A stretch of DNA of 44,923 nucleotides from a virus (Duplodnaviria > Caudoviricetes), in IMG/VR virus record IMGVR_UViG_3300020043_003051, positions 1-44,923 of that record. One strand, written 5' to 3'. A program made the translations under genes and the position numbers. Below are positions 44,526 to 44,923 of this stretch, in pieces; the first letter of the stretch is position 1; each line of letters opens with the position of its first letter. The notes beneath the pieces were generated by a model. It was not told the origin of the DNA. It saw only the letters and a program-made list of their open reading frames with translations, and made no database searches.

Positions 44526-44794
44526 GAAAGATCGACAATTTCGTTGAATCCAGTTCCTGTCTCGAATGAACCATGAGAACCAACGTCAATCACATCCAGA
44601 AGATTATTGATTGCCCGTTCCCAATTTCCATTCTCGCCAAACTTCTCGGCTTCAGCAATTTCATTTTCCATGCCCCAATCGTCAAGACACCCAGTAATCT
44701 CATAAAAAATATTACGCATTTCTTGTTGGGTGTCTGCCCGATAAACTTTGACACCACCATATGAAACCCACACAAATACAATTTGCTTATTCAT
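44522..44794 (-). CDS. Hypothetical protein (90 aa)
   Basis: ATG overlaps upstream TAA (TAATG). Confidence 0.7.
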   Translation of the reverse strand: MNKQIVFVWVSYGGVKVYRADTQQEMRNIFYEITGCLDDWGMENEIAEAEKFGENGNWERAINNLLDVIDVGSHGSFETGTGFNEIVDLS

Positions 44795-44922
44795 TATGCT
44801 GTAATCCAATGATAATGTTTTTTGAAAACGACCTGTTCGGTGCCTCCATCGTTTGTAATGTAAAACTCAATTCCTTCAGGCACCCAACAAAAATCAAGTG
44901 AACCATATACACGAGTGCCCGG
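44794..44922 (-). CDS. Partial hypothetical protein (3' end only)
   Basis: Open from window edge: ...WVPEGIEFYITNDGGTEQVVFKKHYHWITA-stop. Confidence 0.6.
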   Translation of the reverse strand, partial: PGTRVYGSLDFCWVPEGIEFYITNDGGTEQVVFKKHYHWITA

Positions 44923-44923
44923 A

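Larger units (their letters stand above)
42891..44923 (-). mobile_element. Segment C: fragment of an unrelated phage, probably a large myovirus
   Basis: Different codon style, no homology to A/B, consensus promoters between genes. Confidence 0.6.

Noticed and set aside
1-44923. Stop-codon reassignment, tRNA genes, integrase/repressor
   Set aside because: Standard code gives dense, coupled ORFs; no cloverleaf, recombinase or CI-like motifs recognised by eye

Overview
Phage DNA that looks like three joined pieces. Segment A (1 to ~33,215) is most of a small P22-like/SU10-capsid podovirus genome. It runs from the TerL 3' part through portal, scaffold, major capsid, adaptor, two beta-helix tailspikes, nozzle, ejection proteins, a membrane-protein-rich lysis region with a GH24 endolysin, a leftward MazG/SSB/Sak block, and a rightward YdaU/RusA/Ref-like block. 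Segment B (~33,216 to ~42,890) is an inverted, diverged relative of A's right arm. It adds an early-gene cluster (DUF6927-like, GP88-like) and different accessory cassettes (C5 methyltransferase, PAPS-reductase-like protein, glutaredoxin). Segment C (~42,890 to end) is compositionally different, with a DUF932 gene and strong sigma70 promoters, like large myoviruses. The joins are most simply a chimeric contig, but A versus B gives a built-in comparative-genomics pair. Best leads: (1) a C5 MTase with a fully nested, translationally coupled 299-aa second-frame ORF carrying motif IX (EcoHK31I-like alpha/beta split); (2) an operon resembling T4 holin T plus antiholin RI (lysis inhibition) in a podovirus; (3) a dyad AGGG-N4/5-CCCT box ~30-31 bp upstream of five -10 elements; (4) small structured RNAs, one with a loop-E module and GAAA tetraloop; (5) a conserved operator/iteron-rich convergent intergenic locus; (6) a linker-delimited domain-shuffling gene; (7) an RNAP alpha-CTD-like protein. 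All family calls come from motif recognition by eye; no searches were run. No integrase, repressor, tRNA, CRISPR array or reverse transcriptase was recognised.
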